From assembly GCA_036558285.1 (NCBI GenBank), contig DATBFW010000137.1:8697-72696 (forward strand): a stretch of DNA of 64,000 nucleotides, given 5' to 3'. Source of the DNA: Mycobacteriales bacterium. Lineage in GTDB: Bacteria > Actinomycetota > Actinomycetes > Mycobacteriales > CADCTP01. Position 1 is the stretch's first letter. Each line of letters starts with the position of its first letter. Below, one piece after another: positions 52,131-61,300 of this stretch. The translations under genes and the position numbers were made by a program. The notes under the pieces are model-generated. The model saw only the letters and a list, made by a program, of their open reading frames with translations. It did no database searches and was not told where the DNA came from.

Positions 52131-54725
52131 TCAGCGGGCAGCGCCCGTGGTGTCCTGGGCGTAGGCGAGTGCGTCGGCTGGTCGCAGCCGCGCGCCAGCG
52201 GCCCACTCTTGCTCGAAGCTGGACTTCTCGAGCGCGGACCGGGCGGCGGCTACCCACTCGCCGAGAAGTGGTTGCAGTTCAGGCCAGGCGGTGATGCCGA
52301 CGACGTTCCGCCGGTGTGCCGCCGCCGCGTGCAGCCGTACCGCCGCTTGCGGGTTGCCCTCGGCCCGGGCGACGGCGGCGAACCCGTCGAGGCAGTATGC
52401 AAGCCCCTCCTGGTCCAGGAGGTTGAAGTTCGCGGCGACGCTGGCTCGGAAGTATTCGCGGGCCCCGGCGGGGTTCCCGGCGAGGAGCGCGGTGAATCCG
52501 AGCTGGTGGAGGACGAGCGTCTGCAGGTGCTCGTTGTCCACCTGCTCAGCAGCCCGCAGGCACTCCTCGTACACGGCGGTCGCGCGCGAGAGGTCACCGG
52601 ATCTCCTGGCCAGCTGAGCGAGCGTCGCCAGGGCGTAGGCCGTGTTGGCGAGATCGCCGCTGGCGCGGAGCTGGCTGACGCTCTTCTCCAGCGTCTGGCG
52701 TGCCTCCGGTGCGTCGTCGACGCCGGCGAGATAGGCGAGGCCGGTGCTGGCCCGGACCACCAGCTCCAGGTCCCCGAGGCGACCGCCGATGCGCAAGGCC
52801 TCCGCCAGCATCGGCTGCACACCCTCGACCCGCCCCACCGTAAGGTTCGCGACGGCCCGAGCCCACAGCAGCCTCCCACGCGCCGCCTCGCCGAGCCGGG
52901 ATGCGGACGGCAGCGCGACGAGTTGGCCGGCGAACGCCACCGACTCGGGGAGGAGGCTGCGTGACCACAAGTAGAAGGCCAGTGGGATGAAGATCCGGTA
53001 CGCGGTCTCGGCTTGGTCGCGGGCGATGGTGTGCTGCCACGCCACCCGCAGATTGCCCAGCTCATCGTCGATGCGGGCGGCCCACGGCCGGTGGGCGGTT
53101 CGCATGCCGTCCGCGGCTTCCTCGACGAGGTGACCGACGAACACGACCAGGCGATCCGCCGCCGCCTCTCGCTCGCCGCGTTCGTCCAGCCGCTCCGCCG
53201 CGTACTCGGCGACGGCACCAAGCATCCGGAACCGGGGACCCGCCGATCCGCCGTCCTCGACCGTGACGAGGCTCTTGTCCACCAACGAGGACAGCGTGGT
53301 CATGACGTCCGGGTGCGACCGTCCGGGTTCGGTGCCGGCGCCGACCACCTCGGCGGCCTGGACCGTCCAACCGCCGACGAAGACCGACAGCCAAGCGAGG
53401 AGGGCGCGTTCACCGGCATCCAGCAGCCGGTAACTCCAGTCCACAGTGGACCGGAGGGTGCGCTGCCGCTCGGGCAGGTCAGCGTAGTCGCCACCCAGAT
53501 CGAGCCGGTCGCCGAGCCGCTCCAGCAGCATCGCCGGCGGCAACACCCGGATCCGGGCAGCCACCAGCTCGATCGCCAGCGGGACGCCGTCGAGGCGGCG
53601 GCAGATCTCGGCCACAGCCGCGGCGTTCTCGCCCGTCAGCGAGAAACCCGGTCGCGACTCGGCGGCCCGCGCGAGGAACAGCTGCACGGCCGGCGAGACC
53701 GTTGCCTCCTCCGGCTTGATCTCACCGTCCTGTTCCGGCACCGCCAGCGGTCGGAGCGACCACTCCTGCTCGCCCCGCACGCGCAGCACCGTCCGGCTCG
53801 TGGCCAGCACCTTCAGGTCGGAGACCATCGCCAGCAGTCGGGCGACATCACGGGCGGCGGCCGGAAGCAGGTGTTCCAGGTTGTCCAGGACCAGCAGTAC
53901 CCGGCGGCCGGCGAGCCGGTCGGCCAGCACGTCGAGCTCCCGGCCGCGGCCAGGCGTCTGGACTCCCAACTGCGCCGCGATGGCGCCCAGCATCCGAGCA
54001 GGCTCCGGCACCGGGGCGAGATCGACGAACCACACCGCCTCGGCCGTGCCCTTCGCGAGTGCAGCGGCCACATCGAGGGCCAGCCGCGTCTTCCCGACGC
54101 CGCCCGGCCCGGTCACGGTGACCAGCCGTGCGTCCCCGCGGAGCCGAGCGACCAGCTCCTCCCGGTCGCCGTCGCGCCCGATCATCGCCGTCGGCGGCAC
54201 CGGCAGCCTGGCCGGACGCAACCCCGCCGGCGTCTCCGGACCGCGGGCGGTGAAGCGCTCGGTGAGCAGGACCGCGAGGTCGTCCGAAAGCAGGCTCGTC
54301 AACTCGTCAGCGTCGGCGAACACCTTGTAGGACGCGCGATCATCAGCCTGGACGCGGTGCAACAGCTCCGTCAGCCGCGGCTCCCGATCGACCGCCGGCG
54401 CCTTCACGTAGATCAACTTTGGCCGGTCCCCGGAGAGCAGATACTCGTCCTCCAGTCCCGACACCGACTCTCCCGGCGCCACCCACCCGTACCGCTGCCA
54501 GTAGATCCCGACGAACACATCGCTCTGCGCCAGGTAGGCCCGGTAGAGCTCTCGCGGCGGGTGTGGACGAGCACCCAACTCGAACATCACCGGGGTCAGC
54601 CGCAATCCGCTGATCGCCGCCCGCGCTGCCCGCCGCTCCTGCGCCAGCTCTTCCAGGGTCGACGAGACGAACACCCGCACCCGCCGATCCGGCGTCGCGA
54701 TCCTGCCCCTTTCCGCCTCTGACAC
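52131..54725 (-). CDS. STAND NTPase: N-terminal DUF4062 domain + NB-ARC ATPase + C-terminal TPR repeats
   Basis: 864-aa ORF. DUF4062 pattern at aa 16-150 (RVFVSSTLEELAQERRAARAAISGLRLTPVMFE...DVFVGIYWQRYGW...KLIYVK). Walker A GPGGVGKTRLA (aa 206-216), Walker B RVLLVLDNLEH (aa 275-285), LATSR and GVPLAIELVAA follow. A winged-helix-like RTLRSTVDWSYRLL...LSVFVGGW comes next, then about 400 aa of TPR-like repeats. Confidence 0.9.
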   Translation of the reverse strand: MSEAERGRIATPDRRVRVFVSSTLEELAQERRAARAAISGLRLTPVMFELGARPHPPRELYRAYLAQSDVFVGIYWQRYGWVAPGESVSGLEDEYLLSGDRPKLIYVKAPAVDREPRLTELLHRVQADDRASYKVFADADELTSLLSDDLAVLLTERFTARGPETPAGLRPARLPVPPTAMIGRDGDREELVARLRGDARLVTVTGPGGVGKTRLALDVAAALAKGTAEAVWFVDLAPVPEPARMLGAIAAQLGVQTPGRGRELDVLADRLAGRRVLLVLDNLEHLLPAAARDVARLLAMVSDLKVLATSRTVLRVRGEQEWSLRPLAVPEQDGEIKPEEATVSPAVQLFLARAAESRPGFSLTGENAAAVAEICRRLDGVPLAIELVAARIRVLPPAMLLERLGDRLDLGGDYADLPERQRTLRSTVDWSYRLLDAGERALLAWLSVFVGGWTVQAAEVVGAGTEPGRSHPDVMTTLSSLVDKSLVTVEDGGSAGPRFRMLGAVAEYAAERLDERGEREAAADRLVVFVGHLVEEAADGMRTAHRPWAARIDDELGNLRVAWQHTIARDQAETAYRIFIPLAFYLWSRSLLPESVAFAGQLVALPSASRLGEAARGRLLWARAVANLTVGRVEGVQPMLAEALRIGGRLGDLELVVRASTGLAYLAGVDDAPEARQTLEKSVSQLRASGDLANTAYALATLAQLARRSGDLSRATAVYEECLRAAEQVDNEHLQTLVLHQLGFTALLAGNPAGAREYFRASVAANFNLLDQEGLAYCLDGFAAVARAEGNPQAAVRLHAAAAHRRNVVGITAWPELQPLLGEWVAAARSALEKSSFEQEWAAGARLRPADALAYAQDTTGAAR

Positions 54726-54764
54726 GCCGCCATCGCCGCCGATCTTCGGTCCGGGAGCGTTGCC

Positions 54765-54804
54765 CTGCCCACCGGATTATGGTCCGCCATAGTCCGGTGG
54801 GCAG
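54765..54804. promoter_or_regulatory. 18-bp-stem inverted repeat 40-80 nt upstream of the STAND start codon
   Basis: CTGCCCACCGGATTATGG (54765-54782), spacer TCCG, CCATAGTCCGGTGGGCAG (54787-54804). 17 of 18 positions are complementary. Confidence 0.5.
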
Positions 54805-54899
54805 CGGCGTGCCGTCCGCCCTCGACGTGTGGGCACGGGCTGGCCCGGGGTTGCCGTCGACGCGAGTAGACCCGAGGCCGCCGGCGGACCACAGTGCGT

Positions 54900-55240
54900 G
54901 GTGTCGAACCACGCATAGTGTCGCCCTCCTCCGGCCGCGCGCACGGCTGGGTGCCGGAGGTGGCGACGACCACCAACCCGAGCGGCGGGAGGCCGACCGG
55001 GTGCGGTCCGGCGAGGCCTGGTCGCCGTCCCGCTCCAGCAGGGTCGCCGAGGTCATCCCGAACGTCTGCCGGGACCCGGTCGAGGATCGCCGGCAGCGCC
55101 CGTTCGCCGCGCAGCACGTCGCCGGCCGCGACGGAGAGCACCTCGGCCGCGGCGGTGATCCTGGCCGCCTGGCCGGTACGCCGGGCCGCGATGCCGCAGA
55201 TCGCGACCGGCGCGGCCAGCGCCGGAATCGCGAGGAACCC
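54900..55240 (-). pseudogene. remnant of a KdpD-like (DUF4118/GAF) sensor histidine kinase
   Basis: Frame-hopping gives ...FLAIPALAAPVAICGIAARRTGQAARITAAAEVLSVAAGDVLRGERALPAILDRV, then RQTFGMTSATLLERDGDQ in another frame, then GLVVVATSGTQPCARPEEGD in the first frame. This resembles the TM-end/linker/GAF start of KdpD-type kinases as I recall them. No HisKA or HATPase part is present. Confidence 0.35.
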
Positions 55241-55634
55241 GCCCGGTCGCCGCGGGGCGCCCTGCACCCGACCGTCCTGCACCGTTCGCTCGTTCGCCTG
55301 CTGGACCTGTTCGCAGGCGAGGTTGCTCCTGACGCGGAGCGCGGGACAACGGTTCTCACGGCACGCTAACGGCGCCTCGGGCATGTCTCACAGGCCGCCA
55401 ACGCCACCTGGGGCGGTGCTAGAGGCGCGTGAGAAGCGTCCCCGGCGGCGTGAGCGCGATGTGATAACCGCGGCCGGCCGGGTGGGTGGCACCGGGGCAT
55501 CGTGATCGGTATCGGGCTCGGCGGAGGCCACGGAAAGGAATCGGCGTGTCACTGGCGAGGGGCCGGCGGTCGCGTGTGGACCATCGGACTGTCCGGAGTG
55601 GACGGTGACGGCGATCACGCCGGCCAGCCGCGGC

Positions 55635-56345
55635 GTGCGCACCTGGCTGCTCGCCGGCGCCGACCAGCGGCCGACCCGCGAGCCCGGCCCGTACGCGAGC
55701 CCGCCGTCGGCGCATCGGCGTCACCAGTGGTGGCAGGTGATGTGACTGACCGGCGTGGACTACTTCTCCACCCTCGGCTACCAGCCGGGTATCGCGGCGC
55801 TGGCCGCCGGCGTGCTCTCGCCGATCGCGACGCTGGTGCTGGTTCGCCGTCACGCTGGCCGGCGCGCTGCCGGTGTACCGGCGGGTGGCCCGGGAGAGCC
55901 CGCGCGGCGAGGCTCGATCGCCATGCTGGAGCGGCTGCTGCCGTTCTGGCGGGGCAAGCTGTTCGTGCTGGTGCTGCTGGGTTTCGCGGCGACCGACTTC
56001 CTCATCACGATGACGCTGTCCGCGGCAGACGCGACCGCGCACGTGGTGGAGAACCCGGACTTCGAGACCGACCTGCACGTCCGCGGGGAGATCCACCAGG
56101 ACCAGCGGGTGCTCACGGTCGCCGGCTCGTCGGTGCCGAACACGCTCGCCGCGCTGGTGCTGCACGTGCGCGACCTGACCGGCCGGCGCCCGCATCTCTA
56201 CTTCGGCTGGACGGAGGGCAGCCCGGTCGCGAACTTCCTCCGCTACCTGGTGCTCGGCCAGGGCGAGGTCGCCCCAGTCACCCGGGAGGTCCTGCGCCGC
56301 GCCGAGCCGGACCGAACCCGCCGCCCGCACGTCCACGTCGGCTGA
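55635..56345 (+). pseudogene. remnant of a large APC-like permease gene (in-frame stop, local frameshift pair, internal deletion)
   Basis: VRTWLLAGADQRPT...HRRHQWWQVM-TGA(55743-55745)[22 protein letters not shown]... Between about 55841 and 55912 the TM-like reading [23 protein letters not shown] is in another frame. After about 100 aa the sequence jumps to a hydrophilic C-terminus (...[48 protein letters not shown]). Confidence 0.5.
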
Positions 56346-56349
56346 GGCG

Positions 56350-57177
56350 TCACTGGCGCGCTCCCGCGGTCTGCTCGGCATACCAGGCGTCGAGCGCGGT
56401 GAAGAACTCGGCCGGCTGGTCGTACCAGGGGAAGTGGGCGCTGCCGGCCAGCTCGACCAGGTGCGCACCGGCCACCCGGCGGGCGATCCGGCGCGCCTGC
56501 GCCGGCGGGAGCAGCACGTCGTACGAGCCGGCGACGACCAGGGTGGGCGCGGTGATCGCGGCCAGCCGGTCGACCGCGCTCCAGCCGGCCAGCTCGTCCA
56601 TCGACCGGGCCGTCGCCTCCGGCGCCGGGACGACCGCCATCATCCGCCGGGTCAGCTCGTCCACCGGGTAGCGGTGCACGTAGTAGTGCAGCACCGGCAG
56701 CATCGCGGCGGCCGCCTCGGCGACCGAGCCCGGGGCGGACGCGAGCGCCGCGGCCAGGTCGGCCGGCACCGGGGCGCCGAGGTCGGCCGGGTCCTCGCCG
56801 GCACCGAGCCCGCCTGGCCCGGTCGAGACCAGGACCAGGCTGCGGACCCGGTCCGGATGCCGGATGGCCAGCTCCTGCCCGATGAACCCGCCGTACGAGT
56901 GGCCGATCACGTGCACCCGCTCGGCGCCGAGGTGGTCGGCCATGGCGACCGCGTCGTCGGCCAGCTGCGGCATGGTCAGCGTGGCCAGCGGCGGCCGGCC
57001 GGACCGGCCGTTGCCGCGGTGGTCGTAGCGGACCACCCGCAGCCGATCGCCGAGCCGGTCGAACTCCCGGTAGAGCGACTGGTCCAGGCCGAGCCCGCCG
57101 TGCAGGACCAGGCAGACCGGGCCGGACCCGACCTCGTCGTACCAGAGCGTGGTGCCGTTGATCGTCGCGGTGCTCAT
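56350..57177 (-). CDS. alpha/beta hydrolase
   Basis: C-terminal 275 aa of track ORF 56350..57450(-), from ATG 57177. It has the oxyanion LVLHGGLG, the nucleophile elbow GHSYGG and the C-terminal His in GSAHFPW. Confidence 0.9.
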   Translation of the reverse strand: MSTATINGTTLWYDEVGSGPVCLVLHGGLGLDQSLYREFDRLGDRLRVVRYDHRGNGRSGRPPLATLTMPQLADDAVAMADHLGAERVHVIGHSYGGFIGQELAIRHPDRVRSLVLVSTGPGGLGAGEDPADLGAPVPADLAAALASAPGSVAEAAAAMLPVLHYYVHRYPVDELTRRMMAVVPAPEATARSMDELAGWSAVDRLAAITAPTLVVAGSYDVLLPPAQARRIARRVAGAHLVELAGSAHFPWYDQPAEFFTALDAWYAEQTAGARQ

Positions 57178-57283
57178 CGCGTCCTCCGTCCGCCGGTGTC
57201 GACCGGAGGGCGCCAGACCGGATCTGGCGGGCCGCCAGACCGGATCGCGCGCCCATCGGGTGTCCCGACGACGGAGGTGGACC

Positions 57284-58339
57284 ATGACGACCGACAGGAG
57301 CCCGGACGACGTGCTGGAGCAGCTGACCGCCGAGCTGGGCGGCTCGCTGGGGACGGTGCTGACCGGTCTGGGCATCCGCTGCGGCCTGTGGCAGGCGCTC
57401 GCCGGTGCCGGGCCGCTGACCGCGGCCGAGGTGGGCCAGCGCGCCGGCATCGTCGAGCCGTACGCGCGGGAGTGGCTGCGGGCCCAGGCGGCCGGTGGCT
57501 ACCTCGACTACGAGCCGGCGACCGACCGGTTCACGCTGCCGGAGCCGGTCGCGGTGGCGCTGCTGCAGGCGCCCGGCGGCGCGATGGCGGACGCGTGCCT
57601 GTCGATGTTCGCCTCGATGGGTGCCGGGTTCGCCGAGTTCGAGCGGGCGTTCCGGGCCGGGCAGGGGTACGGCTGGGACCGGCGCGACGCGACGTACTGG
57701 CAGGGCACGGACGGGCTGACCAGGGCCGTGCTGCCGCCGGCGGTGCTGGCCGGCGCGATCGAGCAGCTGCCCGGGATCGCCGACCGGCTGCGCGCCGGCG
57801 GGCGGGTCGCCGACGTCGGCTGCGGGTACGGCGCGCCGACGATCATGCTGGCCCAGGCGTTCCCGGCGGCTCAGGTCACCGGGTTCGACTACCACGACGC
57901 GTCGGTGGCGGCGGCCCGCAAGGCGGCGGCCGAGGCCGGCGTCGGGCCGCGGGTCGGGTTCGAGGTCGCGGCCGCGAGCGAGCTGCCGGGCGGCGGGTAC
58001 GACCTGGTCACCTTCGTCGACTCGCTGCACGACCTCGGCGACCCGGTCGGCGCGCTGACCCGCGCCCGCGCCGCGCTCGCTCCCGGCGGTGCGGTGTTGC
58101 TGGTCGAGCCGCCCGGGGCCGACGGCGTGGCCGGCAACCTCACCCCGGTCGGGCGGATGTTCTACGCGGTCTCGACGTTGGTGTGCACCCCGAACGCGCT
58201 GTCGCAGGGCAGCTCGGCGTTGGGCACGCTGGCCGGACCGGCCCGGCTCACCGAGACGGCCCGGGCGGCCGGGTTCGGCACGGTCCACCCGGTCGACACC
58301 GACGCCCCGATGAACCTCATGCTCGAGCTGCGGGACTGA
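57284..58339 (+). CDS. class I SAM-dependent methyltransferase with N-terminal winged-helix-like domain
   Basis: Track ORF 57149..58339, started at ATG 57284 after GGAGGTGG. Motif I is VADVGCGYGAPT, and the post-I acidic residue is in GFDYH. Confidence 0.9.
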   Translation: MTTDRSPDDVLEQLTAELGGSLGTVLTGLGIRCGLWQALAGAGPLTAAEVGQRAGIVEPYAREWLRAQAAGGYLDYEPATDRFTLPEPVAVALLQAPGGAMADACLSMFASMGAGFAEFERAFRAGQGYGWDRRDATYWQGTDGLTRAVLPPAVLAGAIEQLPGIADRLRAGGRVADVGCGYGAPTIMLAQAFPAAQVTGFDYHDASVAAARKAAAEAGVGPRVGFEVAAASELPGGGYDLVTFVDSLHDLGDPVGALTRARAALAPGGAVLLVEPPGADGVAGNLTPVGRMFYAVSTLVCTPNALSQGSSALGTLAGPARLTETARAAGFGTVHPVDTDAPMNLMLELRD

Positions 58340-58363
58340 GCCGACTCAGGGCACCATCGCGCT

Positions 58364-61300
58364 GTGGCGACGCTGGAGGGGCGCGCCGACGCGCTCCGTA
58401 CCGCCCGGGCCGCGCTGGACGCCGCGCTGGCCGGTGACGGCCGGCTGGTGCTCGTCGCCGGCGAGCCGGGCATCGGCAAGAGCGCGCTGCTCGGCGAGTT
58501 GGCCCGGGAGGCCGGCGAGCGCGGCGCGCTGGTGCTGGCCGCGGTCTGCTGGGACGGGCCGGCGGTGCCCGCGTACTGGCCGTGGATCCAGCTGCTGCGC
58601 GCCGTCCGGGCCGCGGGCGTCGAGCTGGGAGCGGCGGCCGACCTGGTCGACCGGTCGGCCGCGCCGGAACCGGCGATGACGGCGGCGGACGCGCGGTTCC
58701 GGCTGGCCGAGTCGGTGGTGGCGGCGCTCGCCGGGCTGGCCGCGCGCCACCCGCTGGCCGTGGTCGTCGACGACCTGCAGTGGGCGGACGAGCAGTCGCT
58801 GCGGCTGCTCGAGTTCGCCGCCGCCCACCTGCGGTACGCGCGGGTGCTGCTGCTCGGGGCGTACCGGGACACCGAGCTGGCGACGCCGCCGACCGACCGC
58901 GGGACGGTGCTGCCGCTTTCCGGGCTCGACCCGGCCGGCGTGGCGGCGGTCGTCGCCGAAGTCACCGGCGAGCCGGCCGACCCCGGGCTGGTGGCCCGGC
59001 TGCACCGGCGCACCGGCGGGAACCCGTTCTTCGTCCGCGAGCTGGCCCGGCTCGGCGCCGCGGCCGCGGCGCCGGGGACCGTGCGGGACGCGCTGGAGCG
59101 GCGGCTGGCCCGGCTGTCCGCCCCGTGTGCCGAGCTGGTCACCGCGGCGGCGGTCGGCGGGCCGCGGATCCGGCCGGCGGTGCTCGGCCGGGTGCTGCCG
59201 GCCGGCTACGACCTCGGTGCGCTGGTCGACGAGGCGGTGCGGGCCAGGGTCCTGGCCGGTACGGCGGACGGGCCGCGGTTCGCGCACGATCTGTTCCGGG
59301 AGACCGCGGCCGACCTGCCGGCGGCGCGGGCGCAGCAGCTGCACGCGCGGATCGGGGCCGCGCTGGCCACGCTGCCCGGCGTCGAGCCGGGGGAGGTGGC
59401 CGCGCACCTGGTCGCCGCCCGGCCGACCGACCCGGCCGCCGTCGCCGACGCGGTCGGCTGGTGCGAGCGGGCTGCGGCCGCGGCGAGCACCCGGCTCGGG
59501 CACGCCGAAGCCGCCACCCACCTCGCCGCCGCCCTCGCCCTGGTGGTCGAGGCCGGCCAGGCCGTCGGCGCGGGGGAGGGGCGGCGGTTGCTGGGAGCCC
59601 TGGCCGAGGCGCAGGACCGGGCCGGCGAGACCGGGCCCGCGCGGGAGAGCTTCCGGCGGCTGGCCGCCGACGCCGCGGGCGCGGGGGACACGGCGGGGCT
59701 GGTCCGGGCGGCGCTCGGCGTGCACCGGCTCGGCTCCCGCACGGCGGCCGAGTTCGCCGAGTCGCTCGGCCTGCTGGCCGACGCCGAGGTCGCGCTGCCG
59801 GCCGGCACCGACCGGGACCGCTGCGTCCTGCTCGCCGCCCGGGCCAGCGACCTGGTGCACGCGGGCTGGAACAGCGGCCTGCACACCGGCTCCGCCACCG
59901 ACGTCGCCGGCCGGGCACTCGAGCTGGCCCGCCGGGTCGGCGACCCCGCGCTGCTGGCGACCGCGCTGCTCGCGGCCCACAACGCCCGCTGGCGGCCGGG
60001 CACCGCGGCCGACCGGCTGCCGATCGCCGACGAGATGGCGGATGCGGCGGCCGGCGACCCCGAACTGCTGGCCCAGGCCCTGCTGCTGCGGGCGACCGCC
60101 CTGGTCGAGCTGGGCCACCCGGCCGCGTCGGCGGAGCTTCGGGCGTACGCGGAGGCGTCCGCCCGGCTGGGGCACGCCCGCGGCCGGCACGCGGCGCTGA
60201 CCCGCAGCGCCACCGCCGAGCTGCTCGCCGGCGACCTCGACGCCGCCGTCCGGCTGGCCGGCGACGGCCTGACCCTCGGGCTGGCGATGGGGGCGCCGGA
60301 GGCGATGCCGGTCTTCCTCACGCTGCGCACCGCCGTCGCCCTGGTCGGCGGGCCACCGCCGCCGGACGGGCCGCCGGCCATCCCGCCGGACGATCCGGCC
60401 TGGCCGCTGCGCCCGCTCTGGGAAGCCGCCGCGGCCGCCGGTGCCGGCCGGGTCGCCGACGCCCGCGCGGCGCTGTCCGGCTGGCGGATGTCGGCGCTGC
60501 CCGAGCTGCACGACCTGGAGTGGGTGGTGGTCGCCGCCGTCGGCATCGCCGCCGCCGGCACCGAGCAGCAGCGGGCCGACTGCTACGCGCGGTTCGCCCC
60601 GTACGCGGGCACGCACGTCGTGGTCGGCGGCTGCGCTGCCTACTACGGTCCGGTCGACCACCACCTCGGCCTGCTCGCCGCCGCGCTCGGCCGCACCGCC
60701 GACGCCGCCGCCCACCAGCGGGCCGCGCTGGCCGCGAGCGAGCGCCTCGGCACGCCGGCCTGGACCGCCGCGATCCGCGCCGCCCTGGATGGCGCACCGG
60801 TCCCGCCGGCCGTGCCGCCGGCCGCGCCGGCCGCGCCGCCGGGCGTGCCGTCGGGCGTGCCGCCGGCCGCGTTCCGGCGGGACGGCGAAACCTGGACGCT
60901 CGGGTACGCGGGCCGCGAGGTGCACCTCGCCGACGCCAAGGGACTGCACGACCTGGCCACCCTGCTGGCGAACCCCGGCGCCGAGGTCACCGCGTACCGG
61001 CTGTGGGGCGGGCCGGGCGAGCCGCCGGGTGCTGACCCGGTGCTGGACGAGCCGGCCCGCGCCGCGTACCGGCGGCGGCTGGGGGAGCTGGACGAGCTGC
61101 TGGACGCGGCCGACGCCCGCGGTGACCCGGCGGCATCGGACCGGGCCCGGGCCGAGCGGTCGGCGCTGCTGGCCGAGCTGTCGGCCGCGACGGGGCTCGG
61201 CGGCCGGCGGCGCCGGCTCGGCGACGAGGACGAGCGCGCCCGCAAGGCGGTGACCGCCCGGATCCGGGACGTGCTGCGGCGCATCCGTGCCGTCCACCCC

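Noticed and set aside
54779-55369. The plus-strand 196-aa ORF between the STAND gene and the permease remnant.
   Set aside because: It has a low-complexity Arg/Gly/Pro-rich translation. The opposite strand carries recognisable, though broken, kinase-like sequence.
48490-56349. The accessory patch as an integrative mobile element or prophage remnant.
   Set aside because: Reading both strands, I found no integrase, recombinase, transposase, tRNA/tmRNA attachment site or phage structural gene, and no terminal repeats that I could see by eye.
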